DNA of 64,000 nt from contig OZ024748.1 of the NCBI GenBank assembly GCA_964016885.1, positions 17,856,001-17,920,000 of the forward strand, written 5' to 3'. Made by a program: the position numbers and the translations under genes. The notes under the pieces were generated by a model that searched no databases, was not told the DNA's origin, and saw nothing but the letters and a program-made list of their open reading frames with translations. Below are positions 40,678 to 54,785 of this stretch, piece by piece. This DNA is from Eledone cirrhosa (taxonomy: Eukaryota). The stretch's first letter is position 1; each line of letters starts with the position of its first letter.

Positions 40678-41392
40678 GTTGTGGTGGTGCTGGTGGTGTG
40701 TTGATTGTGGTGGTGGGGGTTGTGGTGGAGGTAGTGATGGTGGTGTGGGGGTGGGGGTATATTGGTGGTGGTGGTGGTGGTGTGTTGATTGTGGTGGTGG
40801 TGGTGGTTGTGGTGGTGGTGGTGTGTTGGTTGTGGTGGTGATGGTGGTGGTGGTGGTGTGGTGGTGGGGGTGTATTGGTTGTAGTGGTGGTGGTGGTGGG
40901 GGTGTATTGGTGGTGGTGGTGGTGGTGATGGTAGTGGTAGTGTGTGATGGTAGTGGTGCTGGTGGTTGTGGTGGTGTGCCGGTGGTGGTGGTGGGGGGGG
41001 GGGGGGGGGGGGGGTGTATTGGTTGGGGTGATAGTGGTGGTGGTGGTGGTGGTGGTGAGGATGTATTGGTTGCGGTGGCGGTGGTGGTGGTGGTGGTGTG
41101 TTGGTGGTTGTGGTGGTGGGGGTGTATTGGTTGGGTTTGTGTGTGTGTGTGGGGGGGGGGGGGGTGTATTGGTTGTGGTGGTGGTGGTGGTAGTGGTAGT
41201 GTGTGATGGTAGTGGTGCTGGTAGTAGTAGTAGTAGTGGTGGTGGTGGTGGTGGTGGTGTGTTGATGATTCTGGTGGTGTTGGTGTTGGTAGTGGTAACA
41301 ACAGTGGTTGCAGTGGTGGTGGTGGTGGTGTTAACGGTGTTTGTGGTGGTGTGTTGGTTGTTGTTGTTGTGGTGGTAACAGCACTGGTTGCA
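40678..41392. repeat. GGT/TGG-rich array with poly-G runs (opposite polarity)
   Basis: Direct reading of the sequence. Confidence 0.95.
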
Positions 41393-41504
41393 GGAATGGT
41401 ATACACACACACACACATACACACACATACACATTTATACACACACACATATACACACTATAGTTTTCAGTGTTCTAACATTTGTGTATATTTGTGTTTC
41501 TGAA

Positions 41505-41806
41505 GGTGTGCGGCTTTGTGGTTAGAGTATTTGGCTAATAATAATTGTGTCCTTGAGCAAGACTCTTGATTTCACATTGTTCTGGTCACCTCAGCTTGCA
41601 AAATTGAGTTGTACCTGTAATTCAATGGACCAGCCTTGTCACATTCTGTGTCATGCTGAATCTCCCTGAGAACTACGTTAAGTGTATGGGTATGGGTATC
41701 CATGTCTGTGGAATGCTCAGTGACTTGCACGTTAATTTCACAATGAGGCTGTTCTGTTGATTGTATGTATCAACTTGAACTCTCGTTGTTGTAAACAACA
41801 GAGTGT
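41505..41806 (+). mobile_element. SINE family C
   Basis: Similar to 24868-25215. Confidence 0.78.
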
Positions 41807-42335
41807 GAGTTTATATTTTGTTTGTGTTAAGTGTTTTAACTTTAGTGTTTAGTATTATAACTATAGTGTTTAGTGTTATAACTGTAGTGTTTAGTGTTAT
41901 AACTGTAGTGTTTAGTGTTATAACTATAGTGTTTAGTGTTATAACTGTAGTGTTTAGTGTTTAGAGTTATAGTTGTAGTGTTCAGAGTTATAGTTGTAGT
42001 GTTTAGTGCTATAACTTTAGTGTTATAACTGAGTGTGAGTTTATATTTTGTTTGTGTTAAGTGTTTTAACTTTAGTGTTTAGTGTTATAACTATAGTGTT
42101 TAGTGTTATAACTGTAGTGTTTAGTGTTATAACTTAAGTGTTTAGAGTTATAGTTGTAGTGTTCAGAGTTATAGTTGTAGTGTTTAGTGCTATAACTTTA
42201 GTGTTTAGTGTTATAACTTTAGTGTTTAGTGTTTTAACTTTAGTGTTTAGTGCTATAACTTTAGTGTTTAGCCTTTTAACTTTAGTGTTTTAACTTTTGT
42301 GTTTAATGTTGTTTTAACTTTTGTGTTTAGTGCTG
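41803..42335. repeat. ~21-bp minisatellite (TAGTGTTTAGTGTTATAACTG) with a higher-order duplication
   Basis: The block GAGTGTGAGTTTATATTTTG recurs at about 41802 and 42031. Confidence 0.9.
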
Positions 42336-43171
42336 TTAATTTTTTCAAGCTTATTATCACTTACTATCTTCCGTTCCTCTTAATTCTTCCTTAGCTTCTA
42401 TTTATTTGTTCTATTTACAGAGGTCTTGAGTTTTCAGTGCACGTCATGACATATGTGGAGGACAACATGTAGAAAGTTATATGACCACGACTGTCTGTCA
42501 AAAAGATAAAAATTTACCAGAAATCTGTCCGCTGCTCTTCCTCTTGGTTCACACATTCTCTGTAAGGATTCATTATTTCATTATTCTCCACAAGATTACA
42601 CTTATCATACATTCTCTTACTAAAATCCAAATTTAATTATTTGCAAAGAGAAAAAACTAAAAGAAAAAAAAAATCTTTTTTTTTCAAACATTCATAAAAT
42701 TTAAATAATTTATTTTTTTCATAAAATATTTTTTATTTAAAATTTCAACTTATCAACAAAAAAAGATAATTGTTTTGTTTTGTTTTTGTTTTTTAACTAT
42801 GACTTCCCAAGACATCACTAATCAAATTTAATATATTTTGTTACAAAACATCATTATCATTATCATTATAATAATAATAAATAATATTATTATTATTATT
42901 ACTACTACTGTTATTATCATTATCATTGTTGTTGTTTTGTTGTTGTTATTATTGTTATTGTGTGGAGGTGGGTAGATTTTTTTACTTGCTTTCTCTTGAT
43001 ATTGTAGATTTTTTTTGGTTACCAAGTAAAAATACATAATAAAAACATTTATTAAAATGTGGCTCTCCTACTTTAGGAGGTAGAAATGTAATTATTTACT
43101 TTACTTTACACTGTTTGGTGAAAAAACACTTTAATTTATAAAGAATGTTTTTCTTCTTCCACTTGAAAATT

Positions 43172-43518
43172 AACAATATGGCTGTTGAAACGCCTCCACA
43201 AAAACAATATGGCTGACAAAATGACCCTACATAAACTATATAGCTGACAAAATGACAAAAACAATATGACTGCAAAACTGCCCCGACAAAAACGATGCCA
43301 CAAAAACAATATGGTGACAAAATGACACCACAAAAACAATATGGTGACAAAATGACTTCACAAAAACAATATGGTGACAAAATGACATCACAAAAACAAT
43401 ATGGTGACAAAATGACATCACAAAAACAATATGGCTGACAAAACGCCCCCACAAAACAATATGGTGACAAAATAACCCTACAAAAACAATATGGCTGACA
43501 TAATGACACCACAAAATG
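43172..43518. repeat. 30-bp minisatellite, about 11 copies
   Basis: Unit ACAAAAACAATATGGTGACAAAATGACATC. Confidence 0.93.
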
Positions 43519-43803
43519 AATCTCATGAAAGTAAGCAACACATTCATGGAAGGTAAACCTGAAAGAAGGCAACGAATTGCTAAAGTCGTCAGATAGAATA
43601 CTGCACGGTATTTATTTTGTCTCTCTGGATTCCAAGCTAAAATCTCGTCAAAATCATGTTTTTTGCCTTTCATCCTCTTGGAGTTGATAAAGACAAAAGT
43701 ACCAGTCCATTACTGGTGGCAATTCTTCCTCTACATTTCTCTCTCTTTCAATCTCTCTCTCTCACTCTATCTATCAATCTATCTATCTATCTATCTATAT
43801 CTA

Positions 43804-43864
<61 letters not shown>

Positions 43865-43866
<2 letters not shown>

Positions 43867-44471
43867 TGGCTGCCAACTCGTTTTCGAGTATGGCCACTAC
43901 TTTATATCCATGTAGGAGAACTCCTACCGATGCGCTGAACGAATGTGACTTTAGTCCAGCCAGCGACTTGAAAACTCTGGTACAAACACTACACTTGTGA
44001 CAATTATTGACCCATAGTGCTAGGCCCATGGTACCATGTGACGACAAGTGCAGAGAGATCTCCAGATATAAAACAATGCCTGTGCCGTGAAGCTTTTATA
44101 GTGAGCAAAGGCACTGCACAAAGCCAGTCCCACTCTCTTAACCAAGATGATATTTACCAAAAAGAAGAACAAGTCAACATCATTGGATACCATCAGAGTT
44201 GCAGGTGTTATATCAGAGTTTTCCTTCTCCTAGAATTCTGCCTTGACAAAGGCTAAGGGGTCATCTCTCCCGGTGATTTTGGATGGCCATTGACTCTTAA
44301 GAGCTCCTTTGCCCTTTGACAGGTTTTGTTTTTAGTCCTGCAGGATGTCCAAAGTCACCCTCCTCACCAAGAAACCTTAGTGGGGTTGCCAGTTTAGTCG
44401 CCAACGACCCGACCATGGGACAGGTTGTACTGGAATACATGTTACCAGTAGCACCAAGTGGTGACCTGACA
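43865..44471 (-). mobile_element. Non-autonomous RTE-derived retroposon, copy 2 (longer)
   Basis: Matches 244-820 plus about 30 extra 5' nt; TA runs on both sides. Confidence 0.78.
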
Positions 44472-44474
44472 TAC

Positions 44475-44511
<37 letters not shown>

Positions 44512-44576
44512 CATATATTATAAATAAAATAAAATAACAGGAGGCTGGACTGGTGTAAATCCTTGAAAAGTTTATT

Positions 44577-44634
44577 ATACTATGATCATTTCAATGACCG
44601 TTTTCCGTATGAATCCGGTGATATCATCAGGTAT
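44577..44634 (-). ncRNA. Type I hammerhead (family P4)
   Basis: atac CTGATGA t ATcACCG...CGGTcAT t GAAA TGATCA TA gtat. Confidence 0.7.
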
Positions 44635-44675
44635 TCGAAATATAACAAAGGAATATATAAAATCCATGGGTCCGA

Positions 44676-44829
44676 AAAATTTGGTTTATAAATAACGACA
44701 TACCCATGGAAATCACACCTTAACGGTCCGAAGATTCGCTGGATAGTCTATCTGGATACTATCTAGCGAATCTTCGGACCGTTAAGGTGTGATTTCCATG
44801 GGTATGTCATTATTTATAAAACAAATTTT
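44676..44829. repeat. ~150-bp near-perfect hairpin
   Basis: ~70-bp arms around a ~10-nt loop at about 44748-44757. Confidence 0.9.
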
Positions 44830-44830
44830 G

Positions 44831-44895
44831 TATTTTATCTGATGAAAGCGCACCAAGACTGCCTTGGTTGCCCTTGAAATATATATAATAAAATA
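44831..44895 (+). ncRNA. Type I hammerhead (family P5)
   Basis: tattttat CTGATGA AAGcGCA CCAAG actgc CTTGG tTGCcCTT GAAA TATATA TA ataaaata; perfect 8-bp stem I. Confidence 0.78.
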
Positions 44896-45032
44896 AATAT
44901 GGTTTTATAAATATAGTTTCCATTTATTATTATCTTGGAATATTTACTCCAGTATCTTGTTGAGTGCTCTATATCAGTTATAAATATTTATGTTTGTCGG
45001 AATTCCAACAAATTAAATACAACTCCTACATA

Positions 45033-45080
<48 letters not shown>

Positions 45081-45216
45081 AGTAAGTAAGACCCCGACGG
45101 CTGAGCTCAAGCCGTTTCGACGGCTAATTCTGTACTATATATATATATAGTAATAATAATAAATTTGAAGACTAAAATCCAAAGAGGGCTCGATAAAGAT
45201 AAATCTGTTATTTTAA

Positions 45217-45276
<60 letters not shown>

Positions 45277-45931
45277 TGTGTGTGTCTTTAGCTTTCACAC
45301 ACACAATCAAACAAACAAATTCAGCTGTGTTCTGAACTGGGAAAAGATCGTCCTCGTCAAGTTTAAACACACACAACATTTCAGACACCGACACACACAC
45401 ACAACACACATACATTTTGTGAAGCAAAGGGGTGTGTGGAAAGTTTTAATTAATAAAAGAGAAAGTATTTCTAATCTTCCCTTTTGCTGGAACAGCCAGA
45501 AATAAGATTCAATCAGTCTTTCATTCACATAGTGTGTCTCACGACCGTCCTAGGAATGTGGGGGATGATGCTCAATACCATGTAACATAGCCGTTCGTAT
45601 ACAAGCATCATACAATCTGCCTGTAGTGACCTACATTCCGCGGGCTCACATACATTCTCTGTGCGTGATTTGGCTCAGCCCAGCCAATCAGCGCCAGTAG
45701 AAGAGGATGTATCCCTACGCGTCCTGAGGGAGAAATTACCGGCGAAGATTTGAAGAATCTCTCACTCGCACCAGGAACTTCGAACCAGCAACACGTACAA
45801 CATGTGACGGTGAGATTTTGCACCTTAGCCTGCCGGCTTTCCGGCGCAATGGCACATTCCCTTTTGTAACCTCATTTTTATGTGTAACTTCAACCATACA
45901 AGTTAACCAACATTATTTGTGCTACAACAAA

Positions 45932-46118
45932 GGGCGGTGGATTGGCAGTATCGGTAGAGGGTCGGACGCCATGCTTTGACGCATAGAGTTACGGTCCTTG
46001 CCATTCTGAGTTCAAATCCCGCCGAGGTTAACTTTGCCTTTCATCCTTACGGGGTCGATAAAATAAAGTACCAGTAATGCACTGGGTAATTGCTGGCCTT
46101 GTGCCAAAAGTAGAAACA
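45932..46118 (+). mobile_element. Full-length SINE family A inside the 5' LTR, 20-bp TSD
   Basis: TSD ATTATTTGTGCTACAACAAA at 45912-45931 and 46119-46138; the empty site is present in the 3' LTR. Confidence 0.96.
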
Positions 46119-46229
46119 ATTATTTGTGCTACAACAAAAATAAACATACATTTCATCCCTAATTTCTGCTGTTGACGTCATTATTATGTTACTCGTGTCT
46201 CAATAACATTTATAACCATGCTGAAAAAC

Positions 46230-46247
46230 TGGTGACCCCGACGTGAT
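46230..46247 (+). promoter_or_regulatory. Primer-binding site complementary to the tRNA-Trp 3' end
   Basis: TGGTGACCCCGACGTGAT, the established 18-nt tRNA-Trp PBS; a degenerate second copy lies at about 46293-46309. Confidence 0.92.
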
Positions 46248-49200
46248 GAATATTTTCAGTTCAAAATATTCCTTTTGAAATAAAATTAAAATTGGTGACC
46301 TGACGTGAGGAACATTGTAAATACAAAATATTCCTTTTAAAATTTTAAAAACTTTTCGCCACAAGGAAATTTCAAAATGGCTACCGACAAGTCCTGTCTA
46401 CAATCAACAACAACAACAGCAGCAGCAACGACAACATTGTTTAACCACTAACCAACAACAGGGAATAGTGATATGGCAGCTTCATAGCCTTACCGACGCA
46501 ACCACCGCACATCATATTGTTTACTTCTATGCTTTCACATGTATTTTCAAAATTATAGCCCGGAGACATTTTTTTGTCTTTCGATACGGCTCCCTGCAAT
46601 ACAAACAAGCAACACAATCTTATGTCACACAAGGTGGCAGGACGGTAAAATGGCCACGAAAACTCTCAAAAACAATATACATCTAACCCCTAGTGGCATT
46701 AACAAACTTCTTTTTCAGTTTTCAGATAGAACTAGTGTCAGAAAGTCTGTACACTGGTGATGTGTGAACTATTTGACTTTGAAAAACTTTGAACTTATCA
46801 TTGAGCATTAATTTCTCTGCTCCCTTATATTGACTTTGAATTATCAGTTTGTTACATTCACATATTTCTTTGTAAAATGCATTTACTTGTTTTGTGCTCT
46901 TTTGCTATTTGCTTGCTCATGGTTTTTATTCATTCACATTCTTTGCTGTTTTACATGCCTGCATATGCACACATTTCTTTGTCACCTACCAACATGTTGT
47001 TCTTGGTATATGTTCTTCAAACGTAATATTCTGCGAGATCCCTTTTCACCTGGTTGAGGTGCCGTCACATGCTAGCAACTCATAGAGCTTAATTCACCTG
47101 GATTCAAACAGGCACCGCAACACGAGAATGCTAATTGCAGCTGAACTCAAACAGTTTCGCATCTCGTTGCACACTCATCGTACATAACAACCTCTATCTT
47201 GTTATCTTACCCGACTCACTGGGAAAACAACAAATAGAACTGGACTTGTCAGCATTTCCACCACTTCTGTGGATTCGCCCGAATTATGGAATTTACACTG
47301 CAACCCACCTGCAGATTCAGCTTGCTTTTTTTTCTTTTCAAAGCAACCAGCCATTTTTTCCTGGCTCCCTAGCACATTCGGCAATACATCTGGGAGGCCA
47401 ATAATTTCTCGCCTACCCATCATCTTCTTGCCAGCACTGGTAAACTACCATAATAGCTTCATCCACAGCTACTGGTACAACACTTACCATTAACATTTAA
47501 TGCAAGAACGGCAACTTCGCCCATGTCAGACTTTATCCGTTTTCTGTTAGACCTTTGGTGGTCACGTATAAACTACAAAACAGCTAGTCATTTGACACAG
47601 CGGCTCAACACGGCCCTTAGCGCCTCATTTTTTTTTCTTGCATGCATCCTTCTGCTCAATTATTTTTTCACTGATGTGCTCTTTCAGCATTTGTTCTTGC
47701 TGATTCAATAATCTGTATCGACTTCCGTCTAGGAGGGGAGTATTGTAGTGACCTACATTCCGCGGGCTCACATACATTCTCTGTGCGTGATTTGGCTCAG
47801 CCCAGCCAATCAGCGCCAGTAGAAGAGGATGTATCCCTACGCGTCCTGAGGGAGAAATTACCCGTGAAGATTTGAAGAATCTCTCTTTCGAACCAGCAAC
47901 ACGTACATGTGATGGTGAGATTTTGCACCTTAGCCTGCCGGCTTTCCGGCGCAATGGCACATTCCCTTTTGTAACCTCATTTTTATGTGTAACTTCAACC
48001 ATACAAGTTAACCAACATTATTTGTGCTACAACAAAAATAAACATACATTTCATCCCTAATTTCTGCTGTTGACGTCATTATGTTACTCGTGTCTCAATA
48101 ACATTTATAACCATGCTGCTAAACGCCTTTCATTTTTAGAGTAAAACCCCTTGTGGCCAACAGCGGTATTAGCTCTCTCAACTTTTTCCATCCCGATGAT
48201 GATGGTGGTGGTATGGTGGCGGTGTGGTGGTGGTGGTGGTATAGTAGTATGGTGGTGGAGAAGGAGGCAGGGAAAGAGGAGGAGGAGGAGAAGAAAAAGA
48301 AGGGGGGAGAAGAAGAAGAAAGGGAGGAAGAAGAGGATCAAAAGAAGAAGATTAGATTTATACTTTTATTCATTCTTACAACCAACAAGTAAAGTTAGAC
48401 CCAGTCGTCTGTAATACTATTAGCTTCAACAAATAACGTAAAGATCCTGTTTGCAAACACTTACAACCCTCACACATCAAATTGAAGCATAACATTGGTA
48501 TTAAACATAATTTAAGTGTATAAAAATATATTTAAATACGGATTCGAATTTCTCTAAAATTTATTTTATTTTATTTTTTGTTTTGTTTTTTCTTGTTTTT
48601 TCTATTTTTTTTTCTCTTGAATTTTAAATTCTTTTCAATTTGAAAAGGAAAATGTTATTTGAAAACGAAAAAAGATTTAAACTTCAATATGTGATTGGAA
48701 TCAGTGAAACCTCATTTGCTCAAAATCTTCAACGAATTATTTTAATCAATAATTTTTGTTTTTACCTTCCTACACATACTTTCATACATACACACATCCA
48801 TACACACACTTCCATACATACACGCACACATATATACTCATACATATAGTATATATCATCTTCATCATATAGTATGATTATACACACGCACACATATGTG
48901 TGTGTATATGTATATATATATATTTATGCTTGTGTGTGTGTATATATATATATACATATATATATATGTATATATATATATATATGTTAGTGTGTGTATA
49001 TACATATATGTGTGTTTAAAAAGCAAAAACAATAACGAAGAGTGCAGTACAAATAGTGTTAGTATTATATATATATATATATATGAGTGTGTGTATGTAT
49101 ATACAAGTGTGACTATTTCATTTCTTAGTTATTTCCTATAGAATAGATTTTGACACGTTTTATATATTTTATTTTTCATTCATTTTTTTTGTTTCATTTG

Positions 49201-49886
49201 TTTTTATTCTGTACCTCCTTCCCCACCAACCAAAGCCCCCCCCCCCCCCCCCTTCCTTTACATTTTTCTCCAGTAATAGATTGCAACCAAAATAAACATG
49301 GTAGACAACTTGCTTATGAAAAACTCTCATGCTCTTTTACAATATTTTTAGCACAGCTCACAGCTACTTAATAATATAAATGAGAGATATTTCCTTTAAT
49401 TATGCTAATATTTGTTTGTTTGTTAATGAAATCCTCCCTCTTGCTATTATGACGGCCATCTTGAAAAAAAGTAACGAACACTTCATTACTTTCTATCTCC
49501 TTCAGTTCATTAATAACGTTTAACGTATCACTTACATATATTTTGTTAGCTTTCGTTTCGTATTTTGTTATTATCTTTGATTTCGTATTTTGTTGTTAGC
49601 TTTCATTTGGGCTAGTTTTTTTTTGTGTGTATTTCTGTGGATTTTTTTTTTTTTTTGTATTCTATGCTGCTTTTTTTTCTTTTCTTTTGTTTTTTTTGTG
49701 GATGTGGTGGGGAATGGCGGGATTTATTTTTATGCTCTATTTTGTTGTTGTTGTTATAGTTGTTGTTGGCTGTTCGCTTTTGTCTTCCTTTGGTGTTGCA
49801 TCCTGTTATAACACAAAATTATATATAAAATATGAACATTAGTTGAGAATGATGATGAAATGCAATGTCAGAAAACAGTTTTGCCA

Positions 49887-49980
<94 letters not shown>

Positions 49981-49984
<4 letters not shown>

Positions 49985-50863
49985 AATTAGTATATCTACC
50001 AACATATATATACAGATGCATACCTATGCTAGCAAATATATAGGTTCTGTCTTAGTAACTTTGTGGTTCAATGCAAGGGGATGCAGAACAATTATATGAA
50101 AGACGTAAAATAAGAAAATTATAAAAATCAACTTACTAAAATTTCACTCCAACTAATTAGTTTCTGTAAGGGAATAAACATGGTTTCGGAATGGAACCAC
50201 AGAAAAAATCCTTACGTCATCAGGGAGTCTATTCTCAGCTAAGCTCGAAGGCAATGCATGGACACAGGGAACTTATACAAAAAATAATTCAGTGGATGGA
50301 AAAAAGCGAGCGGGGACTAAATTCCAAGACATTGAAAAAATCACTGCCTACTTGGTCGGTGGCAAATTCAAAAGAATCAATCACGTGACACTGAGGTTAA
50401 TCAGTGAGGAGTGGGGTGCTAATAAGACAGGAGCCTGACCACTACCATGAACCATAGCAGTAGTTTTGGCAAATTTTTGCTCAACAAATAATTTGGAGAT
50501 AATTATAAAGAATTAGTATATCTACCAACATATATATATAGATGCATACCTATGCTAGCAAATATATAGGTTTTGTCTTAGTAACTTTGTGGTTCAATGC
50601 AAGGGGATGCAGAACAATTATATGAAAGACGTAAAATAAGAAATGACGTAAGGATTTTCTCTGTGGTTCCATTCCGAAACCATATTTATTCCCTTACAGA
50701 AACTAATTAGTTGGAGTGAAATTTTAGTAAGTAAGTTGATTTTTATAATTTTCTTATTTTACGTCTTTCATATAATTGTTCTGCATCCCCTTGCATTGAA
50801 CCACAAAGTTACTAAGACAAAACCTATATATTTGCTAGCATAGGTATGCATCTGTATATATAT
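49981..50863. mobile_element. PLE-type element with tandem and inverted pLTR pieces
   Basis: 49981-50115 is repeated directly at about 50507-50643. 50644-50863 is the reverse complement of about 50004-50219. HHR-like CTGATGA...GAAACCATGTTTA on the minus strand at about 50172-50225. Confidence 0.82.
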
Positions 50864-50864
50864 G

Positions 50865-50884
50865 TCAGCCGGACGGGTCAGCTA

Positions 50885-50885
<1 letters not shown>
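50865..50885 (+). mobile_element. Possible Helitron 3' terminus fragment
   Basis: GCCGGACGGGTCAG-CTAG|T. Confidence 0.35.
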
Positions 50886-50940
<55 letters not shown>

Positions 50941-51020
50941 GATAAGCAGAACAAGCAAAATTCAACCAATTTTTTAAAATAAATTAAAAAATATAATTTA
51001 AATATTTACCTATTCTTTTG

Positions 51021-51102
51021 GCCCTTACCGATCGGTTTCGCTTTGTAAAACACCAGAAATCCAATGGATTTCTAATGGAAAATCAAAGTTCATCAGAGAA
51101 GC
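51021..51102 (-). ncRNA. Hammerhead motif with a 50-nt stem II hairpin
   Basis: ttct CTGATGA a CTTTG...AGAAATCC att GGATTTCT...CAAAG c GAAA CCGATCGG TA aggg. Confidence 0.68.
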
Positions 51103-51153
51103 ATTTTCCTTTCCTAGGGCTAAAGACCCATGGGCATATTAACTTCTTTTATA

Positions 51154-51184
<31 letters not shown>

Positions 51185-51698
51185 AGATATTTGCGCCTTA
51201 GCCATTCAGCAAACAGTTTTGTTTCACATTTCTTTTTTTTTTTTATTATCGACCACTTCACATCAATACATTTAACTAATGTAATGTAATTGTATAAATT
51301 ACCAACAGAGCTGATGTGTAGTTTGTTGAAGAAGTAGTCTGTAGTATTTATTTCATAAACTGTGTCTTAATTTACATGTAGCAACAAGATGTCATCAACA
51401 ACAGCAACTATAACGAAATGTTAAAAGTAAAAAAGAACAAAAGGGAGAAAATAAAGAAGATAAAAATATTTGAAAGACTATAATATTTAAAAAGAGTAAA
51501 ATCTATAAGAAGTTGATAAATATCTTTCATGTTTCAAGTAGTTTCCTATTAAATTGATGATGTTTCTTGGAACACTTGACACAAGGCTCTTTATTAGCTA
51601 AACGTGCCTATACATATAAATTATGTGGTTATACACAGAGACACAAGTATAGATATAGGGATAGATATGGGTGTATACTTATACACACTCACACTCAT

Positions 51699-52330
<632 letters not shown>

Positions 52331-52387
52331 TATATATATATTATGGAATACTGTTGGCTTTTCGCTACAATGTTTTCTATACCTTTC

Positions 52388-52429
<42 letters not shown>

Positions 52430-52430
52430 G

Positions 52431-52593
<163 letters not shown>

Positions 52594-52612
52594 TTATATA
52601 TATATATTTATA

Positions 52613-52698
<86 letters not shown>

Positions 52699-52703
52699 TA
52701 TAT

Positions 52704-52913
<210 letters not shown>

Positions 52914-53139
52914 TATCATGATTTAATGTCCGTTTTCCTTACAAGCAAGTGTTGGCCACATATATGTATGTATGCTTGTATGTAGATTTATGTACATATA
53001 TATTTTTTAAATATATATCTGTCGTGTGTGTATATGCTTATTTATATACATTAATTATAATGTGTGTGTGTGTGTATGTATATGTATGCAGGTGTGTGTA
53101 TTTATGTACGCATGTTTTTTTAATATATGTGTCATGTGT

Positions 53140-53665
53140 GTATACGTGTATTTATATACAAGATTTATTACGTGTGTGTATATATATATATTTATATAAA
53201 TGATTTATTGTGTGTTTGTGTGTATATATGTGTATTTATATATAAGATTTGTGTGATGTGTGTTTGTATATGTGTATTTATATAAGATTTGTATTGTTTG
53301 TGTGTATATGTATTTATATATAAGATTTGTAGTATGCGTATGTGTGTGTTTGTATGTATATGTGTGTATTTATATATATATAATTTGTAGTATATGTGTG
53401 TGTGTTTGTGTGTGTATATGTGTATTTATATATAAGATTTGTAGTGTGTGTGTATATGTGTATTTATAAATAAGATTTGTAGTATGTGTTTGTGTGTATA
53501 TATATGTGTATTTATATATAAGATTTGTCGTACGTGAGTGTGTTTGTGTGCATCTATGTGTATTTATGTATAAGATTTGTAGTATATGTATGTGTGTGTG
53601 TGTTTGTGTGTATGTATGTGTATTTATATATATATGATTTATAGTATGTGTGTGTTTATGTGTGT
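53140..53665. repeat. Degenerate ~40-60-bp repeat (TGTATTTATATATAAGATTTGTAG plus GT runs)
   Basis: About 10 recurrences of the motif. Confidence 0.8.
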
Positions 53666-54200
53666 CGTAGCATGATTGCATTAATTAAAACATGACCACA
53701 TTACATATTAATGTAATCTGTTGAAGAGGTTTCTAATTTTTTAATCTACCGTCTGTATATTTTCTACATTTGAAAGTAACAATTACAAGCAACTTATTCA
53801 ACGCTTCATTAATATTCTCTCGTCTGCGTTATTCAATTATAATTTACTGCGTCTGCTGTAATATTAAATAAGTGAATTGAAGGAGACTTTAAAATGTTGG
53901 ATAGAAGGTTCCAGTTCTTTGGGATCTGAGTTTGAATCCCATGTAGGTCCCATTTACCTTTCATCCTTTAATACATATATATGCATACATATATATAGTA
54001 TTAATTATACTATTTATGGTTATGCACATACAAAAACCTTTTGTAGTTATATATATTTTTATAAACCCTAAATAGTGGTAGGCAGTAATATATTACTACC
54101 TTATTACCAGTAAGTTAAGTAGCTCAATGTAATAACATCAGATGATTTACAGAGCAGTTATATGAATTATAAGAATCAAAGAACTGTTCAAAACATTTTT

Positions 54201-54250
54201 ATGCTTACAACTGTTTCCTCCAAACCGAGGTTTGGATTCTTCGGAGCAAT
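54201..54250 (-). ncRNA. Hammerhead motif with a core variant (CCGAAGA)
   Basis: tgct CCGAAGA a TCCAAACC tc GGTTTGGA g GAAA CAGTTG TA agca. Confidence 0.6.
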
Positions 54251-54489
54251 TTATTATTGAATGAACACTTATATGACCTCCTTTTCACCCAAGAGACATA
54301 CAGATACATATGCAAATATTGTGGGTCAACATTCATTACAGCATTTAGTGTGGCAGTACACATTTAGAGATTACATTCATATTAAAAGATACAATCAAAA
54401 ATACATACATATATATATGAATATACATGTTAAATTTATGTATATATATAAATATATATATATATAAATGAATAAATAAAATAAAAATG

Positions 54490-54738
54490 ACGTAGACATT
54501 ACAATACAATACAATAGGAGGGAACATAATAGTACCACTGATGATGTTGCAGATGTGCAACGAAAGAACTTTGATAAACTATATATATTTATATCTGTAT
54601 TTTTAATGATAAACATTGATTGCCAAATAAATTAACGATGGCGATATAAAAGATACAGAAGCGAAAACTAACCAAACAGTGAGTGTGTTCTGTTATTATT
54701 TCTGGCAATATTATAACAATATGACCCTCCCCATGTAT

Positions 54739-54745
<7 letters not shown>
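54490..54745 (+). mobile_element. PLE pLTR fragment, family P1, with an HHR at 54533-54576
   Basis: tacca CTGATGA t GTTGCA gatg TGCAAC GAAA GAAC TT tgata. Confidence 0.8.

Positions 54746-54782
<37 letters not shown>

Positions 54783-54785
<3 letters not shown>

Larger units (their letters stand above)
45622..48123 (+). mobile_element. Non-autonomous LTR retrotransposon (Gypsy-like, gag remnant only)
   Basis: Direct repeats 45622-46228 and 47744-48123 starting TGTAG; PBS at 46230; PPT AGGAGGGGAG at 47731-47740; 4-bp TSD TGCC/CGCC; gag-like fragments (DSPELW, IISRLP, LLDLWWSR). Confidence 0.9.

Noticed and set aside
42421-42561. Candidate 141-nt exon with a strong acceptor (TTTACAG) and a GTAAGG donor
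   Set aside because: All three frames contain a stop from that acceptor and the peptide is unrecognisable; it could only be a non-coding exon.
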